Of a stretch of 64,000 nt of DNA, positions 24,877 through 34,879 are shown in pieces. The translations under genes and the position numbers were made by a program. Position 1 is the stretch's first letter, and every line of letters begins with the position of its first letter. The notes under the pieces were generated by a model that was given only the letters and a program-made list of their open reading frames with translations, ran no database searches and was not told the origin of the DNA. The DNA comes from Candidatus Iainarchaeum sp. (GTDB lineage Archaea > B1Sed10-29 > WALL01 > JAGHAM01), in NCBI GenBank assembly GCA_021161465.1, contig JAGHAM010000036.1:13512-77511 (forward strand), given 5' to 3'.

Positions 24877-25491
24877 GTGAGAACTATGGATACCGGCACC
24901 CTAACAGCTAGGCAGCTTGCGCCACTCATAGAGTCAAAACCAGTGGTTACAATTTGTCTGTCCGGGCGGGATGAACTTTACAACACATTCAAAGAGAACG
25001 GTATTTCTGCAGCTTTGAAATCACTTAGGTTCAGGTATGACGACTGGGCCGATGGGATGGTTGCAGAGGAAGCTGTCCCCGACGAAGAAATAGATGCAAC
25101 CACAGGATTCCATGTAGTGAGAAAACCTGGTGGGCTTCTATCAACCGCAAGACCAATAGAAGAAGATGAGATTGATGTTTTCCTTGCCATGTTGTTGAAT
25201 CAGCATAAGGATATGTTTGCTTTAAACAAGAACAACCATTTCATAGTGTTTCAGGACACGGTCCACACGGGGAAGTCGCTTGAAGCTATGAGAAAAGCCA
25301 TTTTGTTGAATGGCATCCCAAAGAGTAAGGTGGTGACCGCCGCATTTAAGTCTAGTATATCGCCGGTGTTCCCTCCAGATGTCATTGGTGGGAGAGCCGT
25401 GCTTAGACCACCAAAACAGAAAAAGGATAGACAGTGGATAAGGGTTGACCACCGTGGAAGGGGCTTTGTTCTGAACGTGCCAATGCCATAG
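24877..25491 (+). CDS. Hypothetical protein with degenerate phosphoribosyltransferase (PRPP-loop)-like motif
   Basis: IVFQDTVHTGKSL resembles hhhDDhhxTGxT. Confidence 0.55.
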   Translation: MRTMDTGTLTARQLAPLIESKPVVTICLSGRDELYNTFKENGISAALKSLRFRYDDWADGMVAEEAVPDEEIDATTGFHVVRKPGGLLSTARPIEEDEIDVFLAMLLNQHKDMFALNKNNHFIVFQDTVHTGKSLEAMRKAILLNGIPKSKVVTAAFKSSISPVFPPDVIGGRAVLRPPKQKKDRQWIRVDHRGRGFVLNVPMP

Positions 25492-25504
25492 GATGTGTTG
25501 TCTT

Positions 25505-26008
25505 ATGATTTTAAATGATAGCCAGCTAGCGAAACTGCAAAAGGCAAAACCACCCTTGATAGAGGACTATATAGATTGGGATAAACAGTTGCAGCCGAAC
25601 GGGTTTGATATCACGGTTAAAGAAGTCCATCGGTTGCTGGGACCCGGGCAGGTGGATTTCTCGAATGAGGAGAGAGAGCTTCCAAAGACAGAAGCTATGG
25701 GATTCAAGGATGGCTGGCTTGAGCTTCCTCCTGGCGCGTACAAAATACGGACAAATGAATATGTGAATATACCCAATGATGTGGTTGCATTCGCACAAAC
25801 CAGGTCAACACTGCTTAGGATGGGCGCGTTTACGGTTCATGCTGTTTGGGACGCAGGGTTTCATGGAAGAAGCGAGTTCCTGCTTGTGGTGCAGAATAAG
25901 CACGGGATACGTTTAAAGAAAAACGCGAGAATAGCCCAGCTGGTTTTTGTGCGCCTTGGAACCAAACCAGACAAAGTTTACTTTGGTGTTTACAAGGGCA
26001 TGAAATAG
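25505..26008 (+). CDS. Trimeric dUTPase / dCTP deaminase family protein
   Basis: QPNGFD, RSTLLRMG, WDAGFHG, RIAQLVF, YxGxY tail. Confidence 0.9.
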   Translation: MILNDSQLAKLQKAKPPLIEDYIDWDKQLQPNGFDITVKEVHRLLGPGQVDFSNEERELPKTEAMGFKDGWLELPPGAYKIRTNEYVNIPNDVVAFAQTRSTLLRMGAFTVHAVWDAGFHGRSEFLLVVQNKHGIRLKKNARIAQLVFVRLGTKPDKVYFGVYKGMK

Positions 26009-26083
26009 CTCTTTTGTGGATGGGTCTCATAATTGTTGAATGGCTTTTTGGGAATTTTCTATTCTCATTTACGCACAACTAAT

Positions 26084-26329
26084 TTAATACTCCTTGTCCT
26101 CTATCAACCCGTGTTTTATAAGTTCCTTCCTTATATCCCTGTGTCCAGATAGCTTTCTTATCACTTCTTCTCTTATCTTCAATCCTTCTGGAAGGCTACT
26201 TAAATGTTTTAGTACTCCCTTACGCTCAACTTCTTTCATTCCCAGGAACTCTGCGTTCACGTAACCCCCTGAGGTTCCTGCCCATCTCTTCACGATTTCT
26301 TTTGGTTCTTCCCTTGGTGCCATGAGCAT
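26084..26329 (-). CDS. Small hypothetical protein
   Basis: 81-aa ORF downstream of radA with plausible composition. Confidence 0.55.
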   Translation of the reverse strand: MLMAPREEPKEIVKRWAGTSGGYVNAEFLGMKEVERKGVLKHLSSLPEGLKIREEVIRKLSGHRDIRKELIKHGLIEDKEY

Positions 26330-26421
26330 TCAGTCTCAGATTGTGTTAATAAAACTTTCTGTGTGCTGTCGCTTAAAAGCGTCTTTGTGTTTTAGTCCAA
26401 CTAAGCACTTGTTCCAAAGCT

Positions 26422-27366
26422 TTAAACATCCTCAATACCGTTTTCAGTGACGCGGAATATACATTCTCCCTCTGGAAGACACGGACTATCTACAAGCCTT
26501 GCTATACGCTTATCCTCTTTACTCTTGCGCAGATAAACTCTATATGCACTTGCATGCCCAACTATGTGACCCCCTATGGGTGTAGTTGGGTCCCCAAACA
26601 GCAGTCCAGGGTTTGCCATGACCTGGTTGGTTACAAGGATAGCAAGGTTGTTCAGGTCAGCCAGCTTCCTGAGAGTGTGCATGTGCCTGTTCAGCTTCTG
26701 TTGCCTGCCAGCAAGCGCGCCTCTGCCAACGTATTCAGCCCTAAATAACCCTGTTAGTGAGTCAACTATAATTAGTTTTACATTATTCTCCGTTATCAGG
26801 TCTTCAGCTTTCTCAACCAATAGCATCTGGTGGTCAGAACTGAAGGCCCTGCCAACAAAAACATTATCTAGTGCCTCGTCTTCATCCAAACCAACTGCTT
26901 TTGCCATCTGGGCGACACGCTCTGGTCTGAATGTACCTTCAGTGTCTATGTATAGTGTGCTCCCACCCAAGCCACCTTTTTCAACTGGCAGCTGTACATT
27001 TACAGATAACTGAAATGCAAGTTGAGTCTTCCCAACACCAAAACGCGAGTAAAGTTCAGTAATTGTTCTGGTTTCAATCCCTCCTCCAACAAGTGCGTCC
27101 AGCTGCTTTGAGCCGGTTGTTATCTTGCCAACCTCAGCCCGCTTTTTCAACAGTTCCCCAGCAGTTTCAAAGCCCATGTCCATGGCGTTTCTCGCGGAAT
27201 TTATTAATTTTTTTGCTGCACTCTCCCCCATACCTGTTGCATCAACCAGCTCTCCAGTGGAGGCTACTGCTATAGATTCAACACTTTTAAAACCGCTTTC
27301 CCTAAGCTTCTCTGCCGTTGTTGACCCAACACCCGGCAAATCTTCAAGTTCTTTAACATCTCCCAT
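26422..27366 (-). CDS. radA: DNA repair and recombination protein RadA
   Basis: LPGVG Hh[30 protein letters not shown]. Confidence 0.97.
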   Translation of the reverse strand: MGDVKELEDLPGVGSTTAEKLRESGFKSVESIAVASTGELVDATGMGESAAKKLINSARNAMDMGFETAGELLKKRAEVGKITTGSKQLDALVGGGIETRTITELYSRFGVGKTQLAFQLSVNVQLPVEKGGLGGSTLYIDTEGTFRPERVAQMAKAVGLDEDEALDNVFVGRAFSSDHQMLLVEKAEDLITENNVKLIIVDSLTGLFRAEYVGRGALAGRQQKLNRHMHTLRKLADLNNLAILVTNQVMANPGLLFGDPTTPIGGHIVGHASAYRVYLRKSKEDKRIARLVDSPCLPEGECIFRVTENGIEDV

Positions 27367-27371
27367 TTTAT

Positions 27372-28616
27372 TCACCCTTTTAGTTCCTTATCCAGGTTAA
27401 CATCCTCTATCTCCCTAACCACAAATTCCTTTCGGCCGAATCGCTGGTTCTCCTTAACCTGACCCCTGAATATCTTTTCTTCACCAAGGATTTTATTTGT
27501 ATCATAATTCTCAATGCTTTTTGGCTCATCCCTTTTGATACCAAGAAGCTGTTCGGCTATGTCCCTGTAAAACACACCTTTTATAACACCTGTGCCGTCG
27601 TCCAGTTCGCAGTTTAGTATGGCTGTAGTTATCGATTCAACACCACATTCAGGACATTTGCCACTAACCCTTTTCCCGCATTTTGGACAAACCTCAAGTG
27701 GCACTGGCTTATACGCTTGGACTATGACTGCTTTTATCTCTTTGTATTTGTCTCCGACTTGCAATTCTTTTATTTTAACCCGCTCTGATGTGCTGACGTC
27801 CGGTAGCTCTGGAGCCCCATCTGGGTTCACTTCTATCCTACCTTTCCACCCAAGGTTGAGTTCTAATGCTCCCCTGTTCATCTTAACATACGCACCCTCG
27901 GCCCTTATGATGTCGCCAGCATGTAGCTTCTCCGACCAGTCTGCTTGTTTGTCCCATAGAACCAGTCTTGCATCCGTACCATCAGATACGATTATGCTTG
28001 CCAGTTGGCCCTTCCTGTTGTTGGTGCTAAATTCTCTCTTTGGGAACACTCTCCTAACTCTTGCAAAGAAATTAACATTCTTCTGACCTTCAGCAAGGGC
28101 AGAGAGCTTAATGTAGTTGAGTTCTGGTTTGCTTTTGAATACTATTTGTGACGAACGGCCATAGCTGAGCTCCAATTCATTCCTTTTGCGAACCATTAAG
28201 TTTCTGAGCTCCAGCCTGCTACCCTCTCTAGCTTCATCAAGCAGCTTACAGTCATCGTTCCAGAAACTTACTCTTACTGACCCAGAGGCATCAGACACAA
28301 TCAGACTTCCTACTTTCTTGTTTTTTGCCCATTCCCTTGCGGGAAACACGGTCTTTACCTCACCGCTTATACTTGCTGTTCTAAGGGTTTCATCTAGCTC
28401 GCCTATTGGCGTCAGTTTCACGTCCTCTTTTATATCCAGCTCAACACCGAGGTCCTTGGCTATAGAATATGCAGCCCCAGCACGTGTGAGCAATCCACCG
28501 TATTCTTCCTGCTTCTTTTCTATCTCTTTAGCGAGCTGCTCTTTGGACAGGCTAGTTTTAGCTAGTATTTTTTCCTCCAAACCTTCTTCATTGTCTAATA
28601 TCTCCGAGACCATCAT
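27372..28616 (-). CDS. Replication protein A (multi-OB-fold ssDNA-binding protein with Zn finger)
   Basis: OB-fold motifs [11 protein letters not shown] and DDGTG; CPKC..CPEC; upstream of radA. Confidence 0.88.
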   Translation of the reverse strand: MMVSEILDNEEGLEEKILAKTSLSKEQLAKEIEKKQEEYGGLLTRAGAAYSIAKDLGVELDIKEDVKLTPIGELDETLRTASISGEVKTVFPAREWAKNKKVGSLIVSDASGSVRVSFWNDDCKLLDEAREGSRLELRNLMVRKRNELELSYGRSSQIVFKSKPELNYIKLSALAEGQKNVNFFARVRRVFPKREFSTNNRKGQLASIIVSDGTDARLVLWDKQADWSEKLHAGDIIRAEGAYVKMNRGALELNLGWKGRIEVNPDGAPELPDVSTSERVKIKELQVGDKYKEIKAVIVQAYKPVPLEVCPKCGKRVSGKCPECGVESITTAILNCELDDGTGVIKGVFYRDIAEQLLGIKRDEPKSIENYDTNKILGEEKIFRGQVKENQRFGRKEFVVREIEDVNLDKELKG

Positions 28617-28725
28617 TTAGCTTATATGCCAAGCTATTTTTATAGCAACCCGCTAAACATTTCCGAGATTTTTTGTAAATTTTTATCAGAAAATTTTTTT
28701 AATAAGGTTGCACCATAATAGTTCC

Positions 28726-28786
28726 GGAGGGTGCTTTCGTTTTTTAAAACCGAACCTACCAAGAGTTCCAAAAAGGGGCGCCCTCC
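28726..28786 (+). ncRNA. Candidate small structured RNA or structured 5' leader
   Basis: Terminal stem GGAGGGTGCTTT/GGGGCGCCCTCC with G-U pairs; TATA-like TTTAATAA about 25 nt upstream; T-run after. Confidence 0.35.
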
Positions 28787-28805
28787 TATTTTGTGGGGTG
28801 CGAGC

Positions 28806-28958
28806 ATGAGAAAAGACATAAGTAAAGTTATTGATAGTTATAGGAAGGGGGATATAAGCTTATTCGAGGCTTCTAGGATTGTTGATATGCATCCAAGTGA
28901 ATTCCTGGAATTATTGGTGAGAAGAAATAAGGTTGAAGTTGCTTACAGTTCATTTTAG
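28806..28958 (+). CDS. UPF0175-like small HTH (antitoxin-like) protein
   Basis: YRKGDISLFEASRIVDMHPSEFLELL matches the UPF0175 pattern; GGGGTG SD before ATG 28806. Confidence 0.65.
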   Translation: MRKDISKVIDSYRKGDISLFEASRIVDMHPSEFLELLVRRNKVEVAYSSF

Positions 28959-29213
28959 TAGGGTTTCATCAACAACAATTACGTCGCTAACGGCGAAAAC
29001 CGCTTTGAACGGTATTGCAACGAAGTCATCCTCAGTTCTGGGTAAATTCTTGGCTGTTTTGCTCTCCTCAGCTGGTTCAACAAGGAAAGTTTCGAGAACA
29101 CCAGTGTGTTCATCGAATTGAATATCACTAAGCCTGCCAATCTCTTCTCCTTTGTTTGTTATAACTCGCTTCCCTCCTAATTGTTTTGCAATAGCGAATT
29201 TCCTCGTAGCCAT
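28950..29213 (-). CDS. PRC-barrel domain protein
   Basis: LGGKRVITNKGEEIG..DI.FD..TG, IPFKAVFAVSDVIVV. Confidence 0.9.
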   Translation of the reverse strand: MATRKFAIAKQLGGKRVITNKGEEIGRLSDIQFDEHTGVLETFLVEPAEESKTAKNLPRTEDDFVAIPFKAVFAVSDVIVVDETLLK

Positions 29214-29236
29214 TTAAATCACTGGTTTCAATTACT

Positions 29237-30955
29237 CTAAAAGCCTATAAAAGCTTTTCGCTGGTTCTTGATGAAGAATACACCCACTGATATCAAAAGG
29301 AGTACAAACATTAAGACTAATGGATTCGGGTATTCATCAGCCATATACTCTTCTCTTCCTTCAACAGAAACCTCAGTAATAGTGGAGTTCAGTACAGAGC
29401 TACCCAACTTATCATAAAGTGTTGTGTTAATGGTATATCTTCCAGGGATTGTAGGCTTCCACTCAAACAACTCCTTTCTCATCTTTTTTCCAGGTAATAC
29501 CTTCTCAATTGAGGACTGAGAATAAACCACTTGCTTATTTTCATCTGTTATCACAATAGTTAGGTTGTAAGAAGTGCTTTGGCTCTCCCCCCTATTTTTT
29601 ACTGTTACTACACTCTTAGTTTTTACTCCTGTTATAAATGGCTTCACGAGTTCAACATTTTCTACAACTAGGTTTGCTTGAGTGCCTCCATGTGGGTGTA
29701 CGTGTAGTAAAGAAGTGTCAACATCTTGAGAACCCTCAGGATTCGTAACGGTTAACTGGAGGTTGTAATCTCCAACATCGGGGCAAATCAAGGGAGACTT
29801 TGCACCAGTTAAAGGTAGAGTCCAAGAACCATTAGTAACGGTCCAAGAGTAGGTCAAAGAGTGGCAGATTCCGCCTCCAGGACAGTAATTTGCGTCAGTT
29901 GAGCCGGTACCATCTAATTCTACATTCTCTCCACGAATACATTCGTAGGGCCCATTTGCATCTGCAACTGGCCTTGAACCGCACGTACAGTCTGCTTTAC
30001 ACAAGCCTGGGCAGACCGAATCATCGTTGCCATCACACTCTTCTCCACAGTTCCTCTTTCCATCACCACAATGATTAGGACAACTGCTGCAGTAGAGTGA
30101 GCCCGTAAAGTACCTACTTGTGCATTTTGAAGAGTAACAGCCTTTTCTTACGAACCTTTGGTTGTTATAATCACAGTGACTTTTGGTATTGCATAATTTG
30201 TAGTTGCACCACTCTACACAAGAGTCTGAATCGCAATCTTTACATTCCTGTAGGGTGCTGCCTAAACATCTCAGCTCTCCAGCATTACACTCATCCGTAC
30301 AGACCGGTCCACAATCTTGCGGACATGTTTCCTTGGTTTCATTACAATCACAAAGACCGTTGGGACAGTGTTTACACGTATTACAATACTCTTCTCCATG
30401 GATGACCCTCCCAATTACCACAACCCCATTCACAGTGTTGAATCTACAATAATCATCATAACAATGGTAACATAGGAGTGCCTGATTCTTACAAGTTAAA
30501 GCACAGCATCCCTCTACACATTCTGCTCCTTTACATTTGTTTTCTCCAACACAGGATGAAAAATTAGAATATGTTGACCAAGAAACACCGCTGCAGTACC
30601 CAAGGAGTCCTCTTTCGTTTCCGCATGCGTACCTCCTGTGGACATATCTATCTGCATGAAGGCAGGACCCTACACATTCCCTTCCCGCATAAGTATCCGA
30701 TGATGGATGGCACGGACCAGCAACACATTCCGGGCTGCCGTTGATCATCTCGCAATGACTATCAGCTCCTGTGCAATACCCACTACAGTACCCGTCTATA
30801 TCACAACTCTCTCCAGGTTTACAATCGGCATCTGTCTGGCACTTTTGTGAAGTTATGTACAAGCACTCAGTGTCACAACAATTGTGGCACAAGTGAGAAA
30901 AAGAAAAAGGAACAAAGAGTAGATAACATAATAGGAAAACAAAAAGCTTCTTCAT
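29237..30955 (-). CDS. Cysteine-rich surface protein with PKD-like and CARDB-like domains and a C-terminal membrane anchor
   Basis: Signal peptide; more than 50 Cys; CGDG..GEECD repeat; PVADANGPY..LDGTGSTD..YSW (PKD); VTVKNRG (CARDB); C-terminal TM plus basic tail. Confidence 0.82.
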   Translation of the reverse strand: MKKLFVFLLCYLLFVPFSFSHLCHNCCDTECLYITSQKCQTDADCKPGESCDIDGYCSGYCTGADSHCEMINGSPECVAGPCHPSSDTYAGRECVGSCLHADRYVHRRYACGNERGLLGYCSGVSWSTYSNFSSCVGENKCKGAECVEGCCALTCKNQALLCYHCYDDYCRFNTVNGVVVIGRVIHGEEYCNTCKHCPNGLCDCNETKETCPQDCGPVCTDECNAGELRCLGSTLQECKDCDSDSCVEWCNYKLCNTKSHCDYNNQRFVRKGCYSSKCTSRYFTGSLYCSSCPNHCGDGKRNCGEECDGNDDSVCPGLCKADCTCGSRPVADANGPYECIRGENVELDGTGSTDANYCPGGGICHSLTYSWTVTNGSWTLPLTGAKSPLICPDVGDYNLQLTVTNPEGSQDVDTSLLHVHPHGGTQANLVVENVELVKPFITGVKTKSVVTVKNRGESQSTSYNLTIVITDENKQVVYSQSSIEKVLPGKKMRKELFEWKPTIPGRYTINTTLYDKLGSSVLNSTITEVSVEGREEYMADEYPNPLVLMFVLLLISVGVFFIKNQRKAFIGF

Positions 30956-31671
30956 TTGTTCCCCTCACTCAAACTGATTTTAACATGGTTCTTCTCAATG
31001 GAATCAATTTTCAATGAGTGCTGTTTATCTAACTCACATACTTTTGAAAGGTCTAGTGTTGAACCATTCAATAGAGCATAAAACGAGAAATTCCCATGGC
31101 AAGAAACACCAAGGATAACCATATTTTTAGAACGATCCACATTTTCAACAATGATTTTAACATCTGTTTCTTTTATATGAAGACAAGTGGTCTCATTGAG
31201 GGTCAGATTGCCATGGCTCTTCTCACTGCATGGGTCAGTCAATAGGAGGAGTACTTTGTCACTAGAGATTTCCGACACATTCACATCTAGGAATAACACC
31301 CTATGTTTTCCCTCAGGCAATTGTCTAACTGTTGAGTAGCCACCTACAGACCATACAAAATTCATAAGAGCGGGATTTCCAGCTCTCTCTAAGTCAATCT
31401 CATATTTATCAATTTCAGCACTCTGACCTCTGCAAAGATAAAATTTTTTATCGAAATGAGCCTGAACAACAGGTGGAGGGTTGAAACAAATGCACTCTTC
31501 TTCAGGGAAGTCTTGCGGACAGTTGCTGCAGTTTTCTCCGTCATCTACTTTTCCATTACCACAGGAAAGCAGGTGTTGTTTAGGTATATGTAGGAGATGA
31601 TAAACTACAAGGCTTAGTATAAGTAAAGAAAAGACAAGAAAAATACCAACTAAAATACGAAACTTATCCAT
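30952..31671 (-). CDS. Membrane-anchored protein with a Cys-rich CGNGxxDxGENCxxCPxD repeat
   Basis: N-terminal TM helix; CGNGKVDDGENCSNCPQD; stop overlaps the start of the next gene. Confidence 0.75.
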   Translation of the reverse strand: MDKFRILVGIFLVFSLLILSLVVYHLLHIPKQHLLSCGNGKVDDGENCSNCPQDFPEEECICFNPPPVVQAHFDKKFYLCRGQSAEIDKYEIDLERAGNPALMNFVWSVGGYSTVRQLPEGKHRVLFLDVNVSEISSDKVLLLLTDPCSEKSHGNLTLNETTCLHIKETDVKIIVENVDRSKNMVILGVSCHGNFSFYALLNGSTLDLSKVCELDKQHSLKIDSIEKNHVKISLSEGNK

Positions 31672-31729
31672 CCATAAGTGACTATTGAGTTTTAGTATAT
31701 ATTTTTAACTATTGCTTACTCTTTAATTT

Positions 31730-32716
31730 ATGAAACTTCATAAAAATGCTATGATTTCGGAGTCACTTAGGAAGGAGCTTACACATCAGCATTACAGGTT
31801 GGCTGGCGCGCATTCGGCAGTAAAGCTATGCCACTGGACTAAACATAGCCTTTTGGAAAACCGCTACTGCTACAAACAGAAGTTCTATGGCATCCAGAGC
31901 CATCGCTGCCTCCAAATGACCCCTGCAATAGCATGGTGCAATCAGAGGTGCCTTTACTGCTGGAGAACGCACAAGCTGGTAACGCCGGATATCAAATGGG
32001 ATGACCCAGAAACAGTGATAGAGGAAAGTATCAAGGCACAGAGGGTGCTGCTTACAGGATATTATGGGCTTCTGGATAGGGTTGACAAGGCAAAGCTTGA
32101 AGAAGCAATGAATCCAAACCAGGTAGCGATAAGTTTAGCCGGCGAGCCGACTCTTTACCCGTATCTCAGCGGCCTAATTGAAGCCTTTACCAAGCGCGAT
32201 TTTAGCACTTTCCTTGTGACAAATGGGCTTAGGCCGCAAGTTCTAGCAGAGCTAGCTCTGCCAACACAGCTTTATGTCTCCCTGAGCGCGCCGAACGAGG
32301 AGATACATAAGAAGCTGAATGTGCCGATGATACCAAACAGCTGGAAACTGTTGAATGAAACACTTAAGCTTTTTCCATCTCTGGATACCCGAAAAGTCAT
32401 AAGGATAACCCTTGTTAAAGGCTGGAACGACGTGCATCCAGAGCTTTATGCCAAGCTGATAAGCAAAGCTAGCCCCGATTTCATCGAGGTTAAGGCGTAT
32501 ATGTTCGTTGGCGATTCAAGGAGGAGAATGACAATAGCTAACATGCCAAGGCATGGGGAAGTTGTTGCTTTCACTAGGCTGCTTGAGAACGAGCTACCAG
32601 ACTACAAGCTGATAGATGAGAAAGAAGACTCGCGTGTTGTGCTTTTGAGTAATGGCAGGAAAACTTCCCTGATAGGCGAGGCTGAAAAACATGAGCAAAA
32701 AACCAAAGAATATTAG
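31730..32716 (+). CDS. taw1: 4-demethylwyosine synthase (radical SAM Taw1/TYW1)
   Basis: HSAVKLCHW, CYKQKFYGIQSHRCLQMTP, CNQRCLYCWR, SLAGEP, EVKAYM. Confidence 0.96.
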   Translation: MKLHKNAMISESLRKELTHQHYRLAGAHSAVKLCHWTKHSLLENRYCYKQKFYGIQSHRCLQMTPAIAWCNQRCLYCWRTHKLVTPDIKWDDPETVIEESIKAQRVLLTGYYGLLDRVDKAKLEEAMNPNQVAISLAGEPTLYPYLSGLIEAFTKRDFSTFLVTNGLRPQVLAELALPTQLYVSLSAPNEEIHKKLNVPMIPNSWKLLNETLKLFPSLDTRKVIRITLVKGWNDVHPELYAKLISKASPDFIEVKAYMFVGDSRRRMTIANMPRHGEVVAFTRLLENELPDYKLIDEKEDSRVVLLSNGRKTSLIGEAEKHEQKTKEY

Positions 32717-33245
32717 TGAGTTAGTGCACGAGAGCATAGAGGTTAGGAAGGGTCTAACTAGTGGGAATCATCTATCCTATGTTGTTGTTAAAAAGGAGCC
32801 AGAGGGATTTCTTAAAGGCATTGAAAACAAGGAGCTCGAAAGACAGGTTGCCAACTACATAAAGGAAAAGAAACTGGGACAAGTTGACATTGAATTTAGG
32901 AGAGTGAAGGAGTTGGTTAAAGCCCCCAACCCTAACAAGAGGCTCACGCCAAGTGAGGTAAGGAGATTAGGGCTTAATGAGGGTGACCTCGTTGCCGAAA
33001 TAACTGATTTTTTCCCACTTCACGATGTACCTAACGAATACTATCATAGACACTTTGAGCATGGGATGCATGTTGGTGACAAGGTGCTTGATAAGATTCT
33101 AACCAACTTAAAGGAAAAACACAAAATAAAAGCAGTTTTTGCAGACACACGGATGGAAAAAATGCAAGGGTTGCTAGAGTCCAGGGGCTTCAAAAGGGGG
33201 AGGAAGGGTACTGAGAGGGAACATGTATTTGTGAGGAGATTATAA
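32691..33245 (+). CDS. Hypothetical basic protein, putative divergent GNAT fold (paralog 1)
   Basis: VGDKVLDKIL..LKE..IKAV, LLESRGFK; similar to the next ORF. Confidence 0.6.
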   Translation: MSKKPKNISELVHESIEVRKGLTSGNHLSYVVVKKEPEGFLKGIENKELERQVANYIKEKKLGQVDIEFRRVKELVKAPNPNKRLTPSEVRRLGLNEGDLVAEITDFFPLHDVPNEYYHRHFEHGMHVGDKVLDKILTNLKEKHKIKAVFADTRMEKMQGLLESRGFKRGRKGTEREHVFVRRL

Positions 33246-33321
33246 CCAGACAGAACAATGTGCTTCGTGCCCGGCGTTATTATATACCTAAAAAGCGTAA
33301 AAATTATACGGTGTTTTAATC

Positions 33322-34029
33322 ATGGAAAAACCAAGAGGGCGCGTCCGGGAAAAATTGGGGAAAGCAGGCAGGACCATAAAGAAAATCATAGAGCCTGTCC
33401 ACTTCGATGAGCCAGTGAATAGTATAGATTCTAGGGCAAAGATTGGACAGATTAAAAAGAAACCAAAGAAATACGAATCATTTAGGGAGCTTGTGGAGGA
33501 TAACATAATAATTAAGAAATCATACCCATCTCACTCTAATACATACCTTAGATTTGATGTTTTCAAGAAGAAGGCCAGCGGAGATTTTGTTAAAGGCGCG
33601 TCAGAAAAAAGATTGAAAACTGTTTTGGATAAAATGAAAGTGCACCTAGGCGAAAAAAAGTTAGGTAGTGTGGGTGTAGAATATGGTCTTTTGTCATCTT
33701 TTGGGGATATTATCCACGAGGAAGGAAAGAAAGCTGGATTGGGGGGTCTGGATAAGGTTGCCAAGATAGACTGGTTCCGCCCGTCACACAGAATCAACAA
33801 ACTATCCCGCAAGGAGATAATCAGAGAAAAAGTCCTCGATGAGATAATAAAGTTTATGCGAAATGAGCATGAAATCCGAAGAATTCACATTATAAATCCT
33901 CCTGAAGATTTAGTGGAACTTGCTGAGAAAAAAGGCTTTAAGGAGCTCAAACCAAGCGGAGATGTCCGCATAATGGTCAAGGACTTCAAGAAACGAAAGC
34001 AGAAACAAGAGCTGAACTGGTTCCACTAG
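33322..34029 (+). CDS. Hypothetical basic protein, putative divergent GNAT fold (paralog 2)
   Basis: EKKLG.V, EKVLDEII..MR..HEI, LAEKKGFK; similar to the previous ORF. Confidence 0.6.
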   Translation: MEKPRGRVREKLGKAGRTIKKIIEPVHFDEPVNSIDSRAKIGQIKKKPKKYESFRELVEDNIIIKKSYPSHSNTYLRFDVFKKKASGDFVKGASEKRLKTVLDKMKVHLGEKKLGSVGVEYGLLSSFGDIIHEEGKKAGLGGLDKVAKIDWFRPSHRINKLSRKEIIREKVLDEIIKFMRNEHEIRRIHIINPPEDLVELAEKKGFKELKPSGDVRIMVKDFKKRKQKQELNWFH

Positions 34030-34045
34030 CTGGGTAATCATACAG

Positions 34046-34672
34046 TTAAACTTCTATCCCTTCTCCCGGACTGAGTACTAGGGCATTTTCTGTTTTTATG
34101 TCCTGTTTGCTGTAGCTTGCAATTGCAGGGAGTGTCCCGTAATGCATTGGTATGAAGTGCTTTGGTTTTATGATTCCAACAGCCCTCTCGGCTTCTGTTA
34201 AGTCCATAGTGTAGACCCCACCAACTGGTAGGAATGCATAATCAATGCCTTTTTCAGCAAGAGAGCTCATTTCAGGGATGATGTCTGTGTCACCTGCATG
34301 GTATACTTTTTTGCCTTCCAACGTCAGTATGTAGCCAACACCAAACCCCTTTGGGTGGAATTTCTTGTTTACGTTGTACGCTGGAATGCTCTCGACTGAG
34401 AACCAGTCAAACGATTTAGTTTCACTTTGTCCAATAACTTGCGGTTTGTACCCGGAAAGCTCTTTTTCACAGCTCTCTGGGCAGATTATGATTGTGTCGT
34501 TTTTGTAGACCTGGCTTATCTTGTCTTTATCCAAGTGGTCAAAATGCGGATGTGTTATAAGAATTACATCCGCCTTCTCACTGTAGTCCCCCTCCCAATA
34601 GGGATCAATGTAAACGGTCCTATCACCCGACTTTAAGCGTATGGAAGCATGCCCAATCCATTTCAGTAGCAT
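34046..34672 (-). CDS. MBL-fold metallo-hydrolase
   Basis: GHAS, IDPY, THPHFDH, YHAGDT, IPMHYG. Confidence 0.92.
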   Translation of the reverse strand: MLLKWIGHASIRLKSGDRTVYIDPYWEGDYSEKADVILITHPHFDHLDKDKISQVYKNDTIIICPESCEKELSGYKPQVIGQSETKSFDWFSVESIPAYNVNKKFHPKGFGVGYILTLEGKKVYHAGDTDIIPEMSSLAEKGIDYAFLPVGGVYTMDLTEAERAVGIIKPKHFIPMHYGTLPAIASYSKQDIKTENALVLSPGEGIEV

Positions 34673-34680
34673 ACCCTCAC

Positions 34681-34866
34681 CTAAGATGCCTTTCCTTTTT
34701 TCCCTTTCTTGGTTTTCTTTACTGGTGCTTCTGGCTTGGCAGGCTCCATTCTTATCCTTGCCATATCAGTTATGACGTCTGGTATTGGCTTGTCATATTT
34801 GTATGCGAGCTCAATTATCTTTAGCTTTACTTCCATTAGCCTTAGCTCCATTTCAGATTCATCCAT
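34681..34866 (-). CDS. Small hypothetical protein with Lys-rich tail
   Basis: 61 aa, GAGGTGA SD, co-oriented between thyX and the MBL gene. Confidence 0.7.
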   Translation of the reverse strand: MDESEMELRLMEVKLKIIELAYKYDKPIPDVITDMARIRMEPAKPEAPVKKTKKGKKGKAS

Positions 34867-34879
34867 AATCTCACCTCAT

